Both the position numbers and the translations under genes were made by a program. Positions 35,768 to 47,776 of a stretch of DNA of 64,000 nt are shown piece after piece. The stretch is from Selaginella moellendorffii. Its lineage: Eukaryota > Plantae > Lycopodiophyta. Where the stretch lies: positions 1,231,150 through 1,295,149 of the forward strand of contig NW_003314317.1 of the NCBI RefSeq assembly GCF_000143415.4, read 5' to 3'. Under the pieces are notes generated by a model. It was not told the DNA's origin. It was given only the letters and a program-made list of their open reading frames with translations, and did no database searches. Every line of letters starts with the position of its first letter. Position 1 is the stretch's first letter.

Positions 35768-37976
35768 ATGGGTAGTGTTTCGTGGTTGAGGCATATTTCC
35801 AGCGCTAGGGTTTTAGGCTTGAGGATCGATCGTCGGCGTTTTTACAGCGTGATGCCGCGAGGAGAGGAATCAGCAGCTGGGGCGGAGGCATCGGCTTCGG
35901 CGGTGGAAGCATCGCCAGGTATGAGCAAGAAAGCCGCACAGAAGGCCGCGAAGAAAGCCGAGAAGGAGCTCCGCCAGGCTGCTGCGCTCGCCGCGGCTGC
36001 CGCGGAGGAGGAAGAAATTGATCCACTGGCGGACAAGTACGGGGATACGAAGCTGGAGGATTTGCAATCCAAGGCTGTGACTGGGCGGAAGTGGACCGAG
36101 ATTTCGGAGCTTGGGACCGATCTGGAGGGCTCTACTGTGCTGGTTCGTGGGAGAGTTCACAGCAAGAGAGCGAAAGGGAAGATGGCATTTCTGGTGCTTC
36201 GTGAGACTATCCATACCGTGCAATGCGTGGTTTCTATGGAGAACGTTGGGAGCAAACAGTTTGTAAAGTATGCGAGCTTGCTGAGCAAAGAGTCCGTTGT
36301 GGACGTGACGGGAAATGTGTCAAATCCAAGAAATCCAGTGTCCGGGACGACACAACCGGTAAGTCCTTTTCTTTTGTCGTGAAGTCATCTTCATCGTGTT
36401 CGTGCTTTGTTCTTCACAGGTGGAAATCCAGGTGACAGAACTCCATTGTATATCCAAGTCGACCAACGAGCTCCCTCTTCTGTTGGAAGATGCCGCTCGC
36501 AGTGACCAGGATATTGAGAAAGCTGCAAAGGTGAGTCGAGTCTCTTTTCTATTGCGTGGGTTAGTTTGATTTGTTTCTCTTCAGGAAGGCATTCAATATG
36601 CACGCGTTCTACAAGACACGAGGCTGAATAACAGGGTCCTTGATCTTAGAATCCCTGCCAATCAAGCGATCTTTACCGTTCAGTCGGAAATCTCAAGCGT
36701 ATGTGCTTTGTTCGTTTTGTGACGAATTGTGGCGCTGAGAAGCTTGTTATGGTTTTTTTCAGCTCTTTCACGACTTTCTACGGGCTAACAAGTTTCGCCA
36801 GATCCACACGCCAAAGCTTATCGCTGGTGCTAGCGAAGGTGGCTCTGCAGTGTTCAAGCTGCAGTACGCAAATGATCAACCTGCATGTCTGGCTCAATCA
36901 CCGCAGCTGCACAAACAGATGGCAATTTGTGGTGACTTCCGTCGAGTTTTCGAGATAGGTCCTGTTTTCAGAGCCGAAAAATCTTTTACTCATCGGCACC
37001 TGTGTGAATTTATCGGACTCGATTTTGAAATGGAGATCAAGGAACACTATTTCGAGGTAGAGTTTATTTGAACTAGACGATGGGTAACTTTTCCACTTGC
37101 AGATCATCGACCTGATTGGCAAACTCTTCATCTATGTGTTCAACGAGCTTAACAAAAACTGCAAGAAAGAGCTTGAAACGATCAACAGCCAGTATCCTTT
37201 TGAGCCATTGCAGGTTTGATTACTTGTAAATTCAGTATAAATTGTTTCAACTGTGTACTTCTTTCAGTATCTTGACGAAACCCTGGTACTCGCATTTGCC
37301 GAGGGGATTCAGATGTTAAAGGTGATTGTTTCTATCATTGATTTTTGCAAGACCTGACGCGTGATAACAGGAAGCTGGGTTTGAGACTGATCCTCTTGGA
37401 GACCTTGACACAGAAACTGAGAGGAGACTGGGACTTCTTGTGAAGGAGAGGTGAGTAGTTTGTTTAACCCCTCTCATGCTCTTACGATTGATTCTTCTTC
37501 ACAGATACAAGACTGATTTTTATATTCTGCATCGATATCCACTTGCTGTCCGGCCATTCTATACCATGCCTGCTGTCGACGATCCTAAATATTCAAACTC
37601 ATTCGACGTTTTCATTCGGGGTTAGTCATCGTTGTTTCCTGTCGTTATTTGTTTGTTCTGATTGTCTTTTGTAGGCGAGGAAATCATCTCCGGTGCCCAG
37701 CGTGTTCATGACAAGGATCTTCTTCTAAAGCGGATCGAGGAGTGCAACATTGATCCAAACGCTATTGGCTTGCAGAACTACATAAATTCTTTCAGGTGAA
37801 TAGCGAAAACATTAAACTTTTTGTGTGACAAATTTCCTGTTACTGGCAGCTATGGTGCACCACCTCACGGAGGCATTGGCGTCGGCTTGGAACGAGTAGC
37901 GATGCTCTTCTGCAATCTGGACAACATAAGGAAGGCCTCTTTGTTTCCTCGTGATCCTAATAGGCTGGCACCTTAG
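35768..37976 (+). CDS. AspRS: Aspartyl-tRNA synthetase, cytosolic (eukaryotic) type; in-frame ATGs at 35768 and 35852
   Basis: Lys-rich [13 protein letters not shown] fold (VLVRGRVH...MAFLVLRE), [10 protein letters not shown], motif 2 [28 protein letters not shown], motif 3 [10 protein letters not shown], and C-terminal [11 protein letters not shown]. Confidence 0.96.
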
Positions 37977-38001
37977 GTCGAAGACAACGGTGTCCTGATA
38001 A

Positions 38002-39094
38002 TCAGGCACCAGATTTTGCACAAGTGTTACAACCCATATTGACGCAAGGGATGTGACCACCAGGTTCTTCTTCTTCTTGCTGCTTCTTGTTGATCTTTCT
38101 CTTTGGAAAGACAGGAGGCCTTTCGTCCCTGAGCAGTGGTATCTTCTGTAAGTTGTTGATCTTGTGAGGTACATTTTTGAACTTGGAAATGACAAATCTT
38201 TGCTTAGGCCTCGGCGGGTTCCTCCAGTAGAACCAGCGTATTATTCTCATGTCGGTGGTCTTGTTGTTCTTGACAGGGACAAAGACTGGCCTGATAACTT
38301 GGAAGTCGTGATGGTGTTGGGTATTCATCCTGATGAAATCGTATCCATAAGCATAGCGAATGACTTCATCCATGCTGTCGCCCCTGTTTCAGGAAAAGAA
38401 GAACACGATCATATTAAGCAAAGATTGACGAAGACACCACTTTGGTTCAAACCTTTCGAGCGGTGTGCCGTAGACGTGGTCTGGATTTACTACCGATGGA
38501 AGTGGAGCAACGTTTGCCTGGTACAAAGCAAAGTTGTCATGGTGGAACTAGCAATTCGAGGTAAAGTTTACCAGTCTCTGCTTGACTTTGAGCTTGATTG
38601 GATGCTCTCTTCGGTACATTCTCTGTTCGTCTGCCCGTGTGACTTTCCTGAGAGAAGAAAGTGACGAAAAGAAGTAAAGTTTGAGTTTTGGAGTGTTGGA
38701 TCTTACATTTTGGGAGCCTTCTTGTTCATAGCTCGCAGATCAGTGCCTTTGGCAGCGCTTGGGTCAGGGACGTTCTCTCGGAAGACCATCACTGCGAGGA
38801 ACCAACACCGAGTTAGTGTTTCCTTCATCGAGTGATCGAACAGGCCTGGACTAACTTACGTTCTTTCACTGTAGGAGAATACTCGTTGAGCACTCCATAG
38901 ATGAAGTTGTCGCTGGGAAGATTTCTGGTGGATCGTTTTCCCTGGAACGAGGACTGACATGAGCAAAGACAATGAAGAAACTTGACGCAAGATAGAGGTA
39001 CCGCTCCCAGCTTCGGTTTGATGAGAATCTCATCCTTTGCAGATGAGCTCCGGACATTCCCCATTCTGGGATGATCCGACTCGTCGTAAGTCAT
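38002..39094 (-). CDS. CFAP77: Cilia- and flagella-associated protein 77-like (DUF4483), multi-exon; alternative ATG at 39112
   Basis: ILIKPKLG..KRSTRNLPSDNFIYG, TDLRAMNKKA, RADEQRMYRREHPI, HVYG and MDEVIRYAY follow the CFAP77 pattern as I recall it. Confidence 0.72.
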
Positions 39095-39401
39095 GTTGCC
39101 TGGATTCGACATCGCGGAACAAAGCTTGAAATCGATCCGCCAAAGCCGACTTCTTCGACCAATCAGCCTATCAAAATTTGAGAACGGGGGAATATGCCAT
39201 TGCGCGGCAACCAATTGGCGCCCACTCGTAGGCGCGTCATCCGCACCGTCCACGTGTCCAGGTGTATCGAATTCAAAGTTTGAATAAAAGAATATACCTA
39301 AAACTGACCTATCTCTGTTCAAGGCTTGATATGCTATTTTGATTCTAGCAATGTGGGCTGGGAGAGAGGTGTAGGGTTCTTGGATTCTTATGATCCAAGA
39401 A

Positions 39402-40604
39402 ATGGGGAAGAGGCGGCACCGTCTCTCGCTGGGCGGCGTGATCTTCAGCGCCGGCGCCGTGGTTGCGCTCGTCGTTGTGCTGCTCGAGGTGTCGTCCGCC
39501 TCGAAGCCAAAGAAGGCGGCTTCCACTCGCCAGGTGCCGATCAATTCGGGATTTCGGATCGTCCGTGAGTATCCGCACGATGCGAAGGCATTCACTCAGG
39601 TTCGATCGATCCATTTCGCTGCTGAATTTCCAGCTCAAAGAAGAATTTTTCTTTTTTTGCGATAAAAGGGGCTTTTGTACCATGGAAACAATACACTCTA
39701 TGAATCCACTGGGCTGCATGGAGAGGTACGCGAAAGTTTGGTAAAGTTCGTTCTGGTTCATTTACGAGGGTTTGGTGCTAACAGTCGTCAGTACGTGAAG
39801 TTGATCTTCAAACGGGAGAGGTTTGTTTTCTTTCTTTTATCTTTTTGCAGAAAATATATGTTCCAATGTCTGTGCAGGTTAGAAGGATTTATCGTCTGCA
39901 AAGCAGGGATTTTGGAGAAGGATTGGCACTTTGGGAAAACAAGTAACCTCTTTTTAAGATTCGGTGATGGTTTTGTTAATTCTAGCAGATTTTTACAGGT
40001 TATTTGGCAAACTAACAAAGGATATCTCTACGATGAGAAAACACTGAGTCTCGTAACTTTATACTGTTTCAGAGGTATATGATCACGATACTTTGCATTT
40101 CTTTCCAGCTAGGAACATTCAAGCATCCCATGACGGATGGCTGGGGATTGACGCACGACAACAAGCATATCATAGGAAGCGATGGAAGCTCCACTTTGTA
40201 CTTTCTAGACCCACACAACTTTGCAGGTTTGATGGTTTTTTCAGTGATAGATTTTGCAAGAAGAGTTGATCGCGCATTTCAGAGATAAGAAGAATCACAG
40301 TTAAGGACAATGGAGAAGCTGTGGAGCTTTTGAACGAGCTGGAGTATGTGAAAGGAGAGATCTGGGCGAATGTTTGGCAGGTACTTCGAAGCAGCGTATT
40401 CTCACTTTTCTATCGTTTTCTTTTCTTTTGACTCCGCAGATGAATTCTATTGCTCGAATCTCTCCCAAGGACGGTAGAGTCGTAGGATGGATAGTTTTGG
40501 ATGCACTAAGGCAAGTTGCTACCGTTTGTCGTGTTCCTGCTTAACATTTCTTATCCCGCACGCAGGAAGAGCCTCATTTCTGCTGGAAACAGGGTATGAA
40601 AAGT
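39402..40604 (+). CDS. QCT: Glutaminyl-peptide cyclotransferase (plant glutaminyl cyclase), 3' end lost in the gap
   Basis: Signal-anchor, then YPHDAKAFTQGL, LYESTGL, FGEGL, DGWGL, GSDGSSTLYFLDP and LNELEYVKGEIWANVW. Confidence 0.93.
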
Positions 40605-41304
40605 NNNNNNNNNNNNNNNNNNNNNNNNNNNNNNNNNNNNNNNNNNNNNNNNNNNNNNNNNNNNNNNNNNNNNNNNNNNNNNNNNNNNNNNNNNNNNNNN
40701 NNNNNNNNNNNNNNNNNNNNNNNNNNNNNNNNNNNNNNNNNNNNNNNNNNNNNNNNNNNNNNNNNNNNNNNNNNNNNNNNNNNNNNNNNNNNNNNNNNNN
40801 NNNNNNNNNNNNNNNNNNNNNNNNNNNNNNNNNNNNNNNNNNNNNNNNNNNNNNNNNNNNNNNNNNNNNNNNNNNNNNNNNNNNNNNNNNNNNNNNNNNN
40901 NNNNNNNNNNNNNNNNNNNNNNNNNNNNNNNNNNNNNNNNNNNNNNNNNNNNNNNNNNNNNNNNNNNNNNNNNNNNNNNNNNNNNNNNNNNNNNNNNNNN
41001 NNNNNNNNNNNNNNNNNNNNNNNNNNNNNNNNNNNNNNNNNNNNNNNNNNNNNNNNNNNNNNNNNNNNNNNNNNNNNNNNNNNNNNNNNNNNNNNNNNNN
41101 NNNNNNNNNNNNNNNNNNNNNNNNNNNNNNNNNNNNNNNNNNNNNNNNNNNNNNNNNNNNNNNNNNNNNNNNNNNNNNNNNNNNNNNNNNNNNNNNNNNN
41201 NNNNNNNNNNNNNNNNNNNNNNNNNNNNNNNNNNNNNNNNNNNNNNNNNNNNNNNNNNNNNNNNNNNNNNNNNNNNNNNNNNNNNNNNNNNNNNNNNNNN
41301 NNNN
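40605..41304. other. Assembly gap (700 N)
   Basis: Run of N. Confidence 1.
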
Positions 41305-42664
41305 CTGGGACGGGAGGAATATTCTAGAATATGCTTCTGTGCCGAGGCATATTCGGGGAGGCCTTTTAAAAAGCAGTTTCTAGAATATACTTTATGGCGG
41401 GGCATATTCGTATTTTTGACTTTTTCATTTCTTTTGTTAAAGGTTTTTGTTGCTCATAGAGTCCACGCTCCTTTTTGTGCGATTTTGAATCATTGCATCG
41501 ATCTTGACGAGAATGCAATGCATTTGGGTGGACGCAAGAGAAAAAGAGGCGAAGAAATTGATAGAGATTTATTGGTGGTCCAAGTTTTTTTCTGGTTTTT
41601 TTTTTTCTAGCCTTTGATAGAGCTCTTGCTACAAGGCATTTCTAGTGGCGCTTCATGGTTCCGGAATCTCCATTATTGGGGCAGGGGGGGAGGACTTTCT
41701 CAAATCGAGACTCAGCTTGGCTTTTTGACAATGGGGAAGAGCGCAAAATCTCTACACAAAATCAAAAGATTCGCACCGGATCAAAGCATCCAAGACTCTC
41801 TCCCCCTTCTTGGCATATGCGGCGAATCGCGCGGGGGACTTTTCCTCCCTCCCATTGTTCGTTATGATTGTTCCCCGGGACACAATGGGCGACCGCCACG
41901 TGTACGTCCGCCCGCGGGGCGATCGAGCTGTCAGATCCGGTGGACGGCCAGGATTCACTCTCCCGTGGATCCTCTTCTTTTTCGCGCCAGTATTTGATTG
42001 GGAAATGCACGATATGGACATTCGGGGCCACATTTTTTATTTCTTTTTCATGCATCCATCCTAGTGTTTAGAAATTAGGCGCTCTTTCGGTGGGCTCTAG
42101 GGATATTCCATGTCTCGCGTAGAAATTACTGTTCCAGCGATTGCCCACCCACAACACAACCTGTCAAGCCCTAAAGGTAAAGACAAGCCTCCCAAACAAA
42201 TGGGAAAGACCAGCCGGATTCCAAACGGGATATCAAATCCGGCTTTTAATACCGCTGTACTTGGGCACCATGGGCCAGCCGTACAAGTGGCCCAAAACCG
42301 CGTCTGTGTGTGTGTTTTAGCTGCCGTGGGGTTTCCGCCCGTCCGCGTTCTTCCCAGGGAGAGAGTAAGTGATGATCAAGCTAGGGATTGCTCGTCCGCG
42401 GAGTGGCGCTGGCTGTAAATCCTTGCCAGGCGCCTCTTGTTTTGCCGGCATCGCGAGGTTTGCAGGAAATCTTGCGCGCTCGGGAAAATCCAGGTGCTAG
42501 AACACGCGGATTTCCAGTGCATGCGAGTAATGCAAGTTGTGGCGCCGGAAATTTCATGCTGGGAGGGAGGGATCGAGGAGCCAGTCCGGCGCTAGCGAGG
42601 AGCTTAGAGAGGGTTTCGTTTTTTCTTCTCGGCCGGCTTTAGATCTTTTGGGGGGGATTTTTGG

Positions 42665-43018
42665 ATGACAGTCTCCGTGAGGATGATGAAGGTCATGAGA
42701 TGGCCGCTGCGGTCGCTCATGACGAAAAAGTTCTATGTGACAATGGTGCTGCACGGGATGGACAAGCTGCTGGCGGCCGACGATTCGAAATTCGTGGTGG
42801 ATGTCAAGTGGAAGGGGCCGAAACGATCGTTGGGGCCTCGTTTCCGGAGCGTGAAGAGGGAGCGAAGCGCCGAAGCTGCTGCTACCATGGACGGAGCGCT
42901 GGAGTGGGAGCAAGGATTTGACTGCGAGTGTACTCTGGCTCTTGCCAAGGAGAATGGGTTCTACCCATGGGACGTTTACCTGGTCGTGCGCAAGGTAAAG
43001 AAATCTTTGGTTTTTAAT

Positions 43019-43049
<31 letters not shown>

Positions 43050-45058
43050 GAGACTGACGATTCGAATTTTGTAGATCACTCTTAATGGGGCCAAGGCCAA
43101 GGCGTCAGTCTTTGGCTCGGGATATCTGAATCTTGGGGAGTTTGCTCCTCTAGCTGGGAGTGCACGACATAGAACGAAAGTTTCCATTTTGGGGGGCGAA
43201 AGTGAGGAAGCGATTGGTGTAAGTTTGTGCTTGTTAGGAAAAGCTTTGTCTCGTGCAGCCTAGCTGACAAGAGCTGTGCATGTCGCAGGTCACTTTGAGC
43301 TTTGAGGAAGTCCCGGAAGCTGTGGAGACCAACTTTAGGATCATGGCACCGGCGATCCCATGCATCTCGCTGTGGGAGAGGGATGACTTGGGGGATGGCG
43401 GAGATAAACCGATGCTGCGTACGAAGAAGTCGCGGGTGGAGGACGCTGCCATCGACATCAGAACAAGTGACGAGAGCTCGCAGGATTCCCCCGATCGCTT
43501 CGAATCCGATTCTGTTGACAACTTTGAGGACAGTGACGCTGTCGATGACGAGGAATTCACTTCTTTCCGCTATGGAAGAATCGCGGGGGCCAACCAGCTG
43601 ATAGGAAAGAGCCACGATCAGAGGGCGTCGAATGACGAGGAAGTTTTGGTGTTCAATGGCGGGACAGCGCTAAAGCTGGCGGAGGAAACTTCATCGTCGG
43701 ATTCAGACCAGGCGGCGTCTCAGTCGTCCATGAGAAGGATGTTGTCGTGGAGGAAGAGAAAGCTGAGCTTCCGATCCCCGCGGGCCAGGCGAGGCGAGCC
43801 ACTTCTCAACAAGGCATACGGTGACAATGGAGGTGATGAAATCGACTGGGACCGAAGGCAAGCCGAGTCACCAGAAGAGTCTCTTGGAAGCATGGTAAGT
43901 GTGTTTCCTTTAATATCTCCTTTTTCTTTTCTATCTGTTTCACGTGCTAACATGTGAACCTTCTTCCAGCTCCGACTAAACAACGAGAAGAAGACGGCCA
44001 TCGAAGGAACCTGGGATTTTGGCGAGACGTTTCAAGTAGGCAGCTGGGAAGCGAAAGAGCTGACGAGCCGAGACGGGCAGATGATGCTCTCGGCCAGCGT
44101 CTTCTTTGCGTCCATCGATCAGAGAAGCGAGAGCGCAGCCGGCGAAAGCGCGTGCACCGCTCTGGTTGCCGTTATAGCCGACTGGCTCCACAGGTTCCCG
44201 GCGTTCATGCCAAGCCGAGCCGAGTTTGATCTGCTGATACGCGAAGGCTCGGCCGAGTGGAGGAAGCTGTGCCAGGACGCCACCTACAAGGACCGCTTCC
44301 CGGATGGGCATTTTGATCTGGAGACCGTGATCGAGGCGGCGGTCCGGCCGCTGACGGTCGTCCCGGAGAAGTCGTTCGTGGGGTTCTTCCGGCCGGAAGG
44401 GCTGGGGGAGTCGAGCGAGTTCCTCGAGGGGGCCATGTCCTTCGACAACATCTGGGACGAGGTGGAGCGGTCCGGGCCGGCGGTGTACATTGTCAGCTGG
44501 AACGACCACTTCTTCGTCGTCAAAGTTGACGAGCAGAGCGTGCACATCATCGACACGCTGGGGGAGCGGCTGTTCGAGGGGTGCGATCAGGCGTACGTTC
44601 TCAAGTTCAACGAGGCAGCGCGGCTGTCCTTTGTGCCACCGGCGGAGGCAGCGGCTCCAAAACAGGAGCAAGGAAGTAGCAGCGGCAGTGGCAGCGACAG
44701 AGAGAGCGACGATGGAAAGAAAGAAGAGGCAGCAGCAGCAGCAGCAGCAGCAAAGAAGGATGATTCTCAAAAGGAGTCCGAGGAAGCAAAGCAGGAAGAA
44801 CAGGCTAGCGAGGAAGCGGAGAATAGCGAGAGGAAGATGAGGGAGTTCTCCGGAAGGAACGCGTGCAAGGAGTTTGTCAAAGGCTTTCTGGCGGCGATTC
44901 CACTGGGGCAATTGCAGAGCGACGTGAAAAAGGGGCTGGTTGGAAAGGACCATCTCCACCGGCGGCTGCAAATCGAGTTCCATTACACTGAATGCAAGGT
45001 ACGTGAGAAAAATGCTAGTGCTGCTATTTCTATTGTCAACAGGGAAACGCAGGCATGA
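42665..45058 (+). CDS. NT-C2 (EEIG1/EHBP1 N-terminal C2) domain plant protein, multi-exon; 3' end uncertain
   Basis: Motifs: VDVKWKGPK...FYPWDV, LSWRKRKLSFRSP...GEPLL..AYGDNGGDEID, FFASIDQRSESAAGESACTALVAVIADW, YIVSWNDHFF and LHRRLQIEFHYT. Confidence 0.88.
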
Positions 45059-45265
45059 GAAAAGATAGCGAAGAAAAGAAAAAGGAAAGAAAGGCACAAA
45101 GGTGCTTACCCGGTACTGTAAAGAGATTGTCTTGTAATCTACATACACAGTTGTTGATAACAGCTTCTCTCTTGTCGCGAGCGTAGCGAATTCTCGTTAG
45201 CTTCTCTCCCGTCTCGTCTCGCCTCGAATGGATCTTTTCATGGCCTTTCCTTCTCGTTTCGCTCG

Positions 45266-47607
45266 TCACGGCCTCCAGAGCTTCATCGTTGAATCCAAAC
45301 TGTACGTGACGAGGAGGTTTCGATGCGGGTGGTGGCTGATCCCGATAATGTCCTTGTCGTGTGCCTGTTCATTAGGACTGTCAGGAACCAGACGAGCTCT
45401 CCAGGTGGAAGAGTGTTTTTGCAAGTCTCACCTTTAAGAGATGCTCCAGCTTCCCTGCTTGATTGCTAAAGCAGTAGACATTCCTGCACAGGGAAAAAGG
45501 AGAAAAAAGGAGCATTAATACCACAGCTGTGAGGAGTGTGACTTGTGTAGTTTACATGTCTTCTCCAACGCAATAAATCCAGTCTCCTTTTGGCGAGACG
45601 CAGGCCGCGACGAAATCGCCACCCTCTCTTTTGCCAGACGAGAAGCTCTTGACAACCTGCCAATGCAAAGCCGGAAGGGAAAAATCAGGCACAAAGAAAA
45701 GGAGAAATGCACCTGGCCTTGCAAAGTCATCACGTATATAGACGACGATCTGCTGCAAACGACGATGTGTTCTGGGCTTTTTGGAAGTAGATGCACGGAG
45801 TTGATAGCAGCGTCCCCTCCCTACAACACCACCAAAATGTCAAAAGTGTTTGAGCAGAGAAAAAAAAAACTTTCTCTTCCTTACCCTCAAAGGTGGGGGA
45901 GGTTTCAACGTTTGTAAGCAGTCAGTGGTTCTCATGTCCCACACCTGCATTATAATCAAACCAGATATCAAAAATAAACGAGAGAGGGATATCTCATAAT
46001 GTAGAAAGCACCACCCACCTTGACAGTGCCGTCGCTCGAGGCTGTAATAATTCGATTCACTTCCGTTGCAAAGATGGCGTCGTTGACATAGGAAGTGTGA
46101 CCGCGAAACTCTTTTAATTGCTTCCCAGACTTGAGTCCATGAATCCTGCAAATAATTGCCGCATGTGAGAGCGCACAAAAAAAATTAAAAATAAACAGTC
46201 TAAAACTCTGTAAGTTGACCTCGCAGTTTCATCGAACGAGGCACTAAGAATCTGGCTGTTGTCCCTTGAGAACGAAACCGTTGTCACGCCCATCCCATGC
46301 GCTTTGTCAAAACGTTTCAGGCATTGGCCTGTTCGTATCCTCCAAACCTGCAATAAAACTGTAGTGATAACACAAGTCAAGCTTGGACATTCTATACTCA
46401 CCTTGATTTTTCCATCTTGAGCACCAGAGGCAAGCATTTCAGAGTCGCGGCTCACGGCAACCGTCAAAACTGCATCTTCATGCATCATAAACGAGTCCTC
46501 CGCTTGATACTGCAGGTCCTTTTTCAACTTTCCAGTGATATAATCCCAGACCTGGAAAAAAAAAAAACGCTGAAGTAAGAGCCTGGCAATCACGATAAAA
46601 AAAATCGAACCTCTATGAAGCCATCAACGGAGGATGAAACCAAAAATTGTCCATCAGGAGAGAAACAAGCACACTCGCAATTTTGCTTCCCAAACTGTCA
46701 TAAAAAAATTCAGATTATAAAAAACAGAAAAGAAAAAGAAAATAAAAGCTTTTCTAGTTTGAGAACCTTGATGGAGTGTTGCAACGTCGTTGGATAAGTT
46801 TCTTCTATATCAGCCTTCGCAGCGGCAGTACCCTTGAACAAGTCGAACTGCGTCCCAGGAGGAAGCATGCCTGAAAGTTTAGAATGTCAGAACGCATGAA
46901 AAAACTTAAACAAAAGACCTTGATGCTGTTGCCACTTGAGAGCCTGGCCAATGAGCGACATTAATCTCGACGGTGGCACCACCTCGACTTCGGCAGCTAT
47001 AGCTTGAGCAATTTGACTCCTTCGTTTCTCCTTGGAAGAATCCTGATATACCTGGTCCACGAAAAAATGTAGTGGAAAAGAACCATGAGACAAGGAAAAC
47101 AACTACCTCTCGAGCATCGAAGTATGTCCTCACAAGGAGATGCTCTAAACGAAGGTACCGCTCAGGCTGTTCTTGCTTCATGTAATCCATTGCCTGGGTC
47201 TGCCTCAAAATCGCCCTCGCGGTATCGAGCTCTCTCACTTCAATCATCTCTAGAACCACCTAGAGAGAAAAAGAGAAGAAGAAACATAAAAATTCTCCAG
47301 AGAACAAGCAAAAATACCTGCTCGTATAAATCCTCCAGTTTTTTCTTTGGAAGCTTAAGCTGCGCGACTTGAGGCAAGACAGCGTCCCAGCGGCCATCGT
47401 TCATGTCGGACACAAACGCATCGTAGTTCTCCACACTGTTGAGCGAGACCTGGCACTCGTTCTGGATCGTCTGGAAGGTCTGGTGGAGGGAATTCTCCTT
47501 GCAAAACTGGAGCATCACCTTGATCACGCTGGAGAATGCGGCAGCGCTCAGAGAATCGGCATTTACAAGGGAAGCGCTTACTCTCGTGCTTCGATCTCCA
47601 GCGCCAT
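45266..47607 (-). CDS. SMU1: SMU1 (suppressor of mec-8 and unc-52), LisH/CTLH/WD40 spliceosomal protein
   Basis: [62 protein letters not shown]40 repeats, and C-terminal MKLWRP*. Confidence 0.96.
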
Positions 47608-47776
47608 AGCTAGTCGCTCCCGCCTAAACCCTAGGTAGCCGAGTTTTAGGGTTCTTCAAAAAATTTGAAATTGAGCTCCATCTTTTAGGGTTCTTCCGAG
47701 AGAGGCGGAGAAGGCGCTGCTACTCCATGAATCTCTTGCGTCGAGGAGCGAATCTCCAGGTTCTTCTCCTTCTTCT

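Noticed and set aside
40487-41405. ORFs spanning 40.5-41.4 kb
   Set aside because: Artefacts of translating the N gap.
41614-42642. Short ORFs, or a possible uORF or miRNA, upstream of the NT-C2 gene
   Set aside because: No recognisable peptide, known miRNA sequence or long hairpin was identified by eye.
43976-45148. 390-aa minus-strand ORF, and similar antisense ORFs over the PPR gene
   Set aside because: These are antisense shadows of GC-rich coding sequence.
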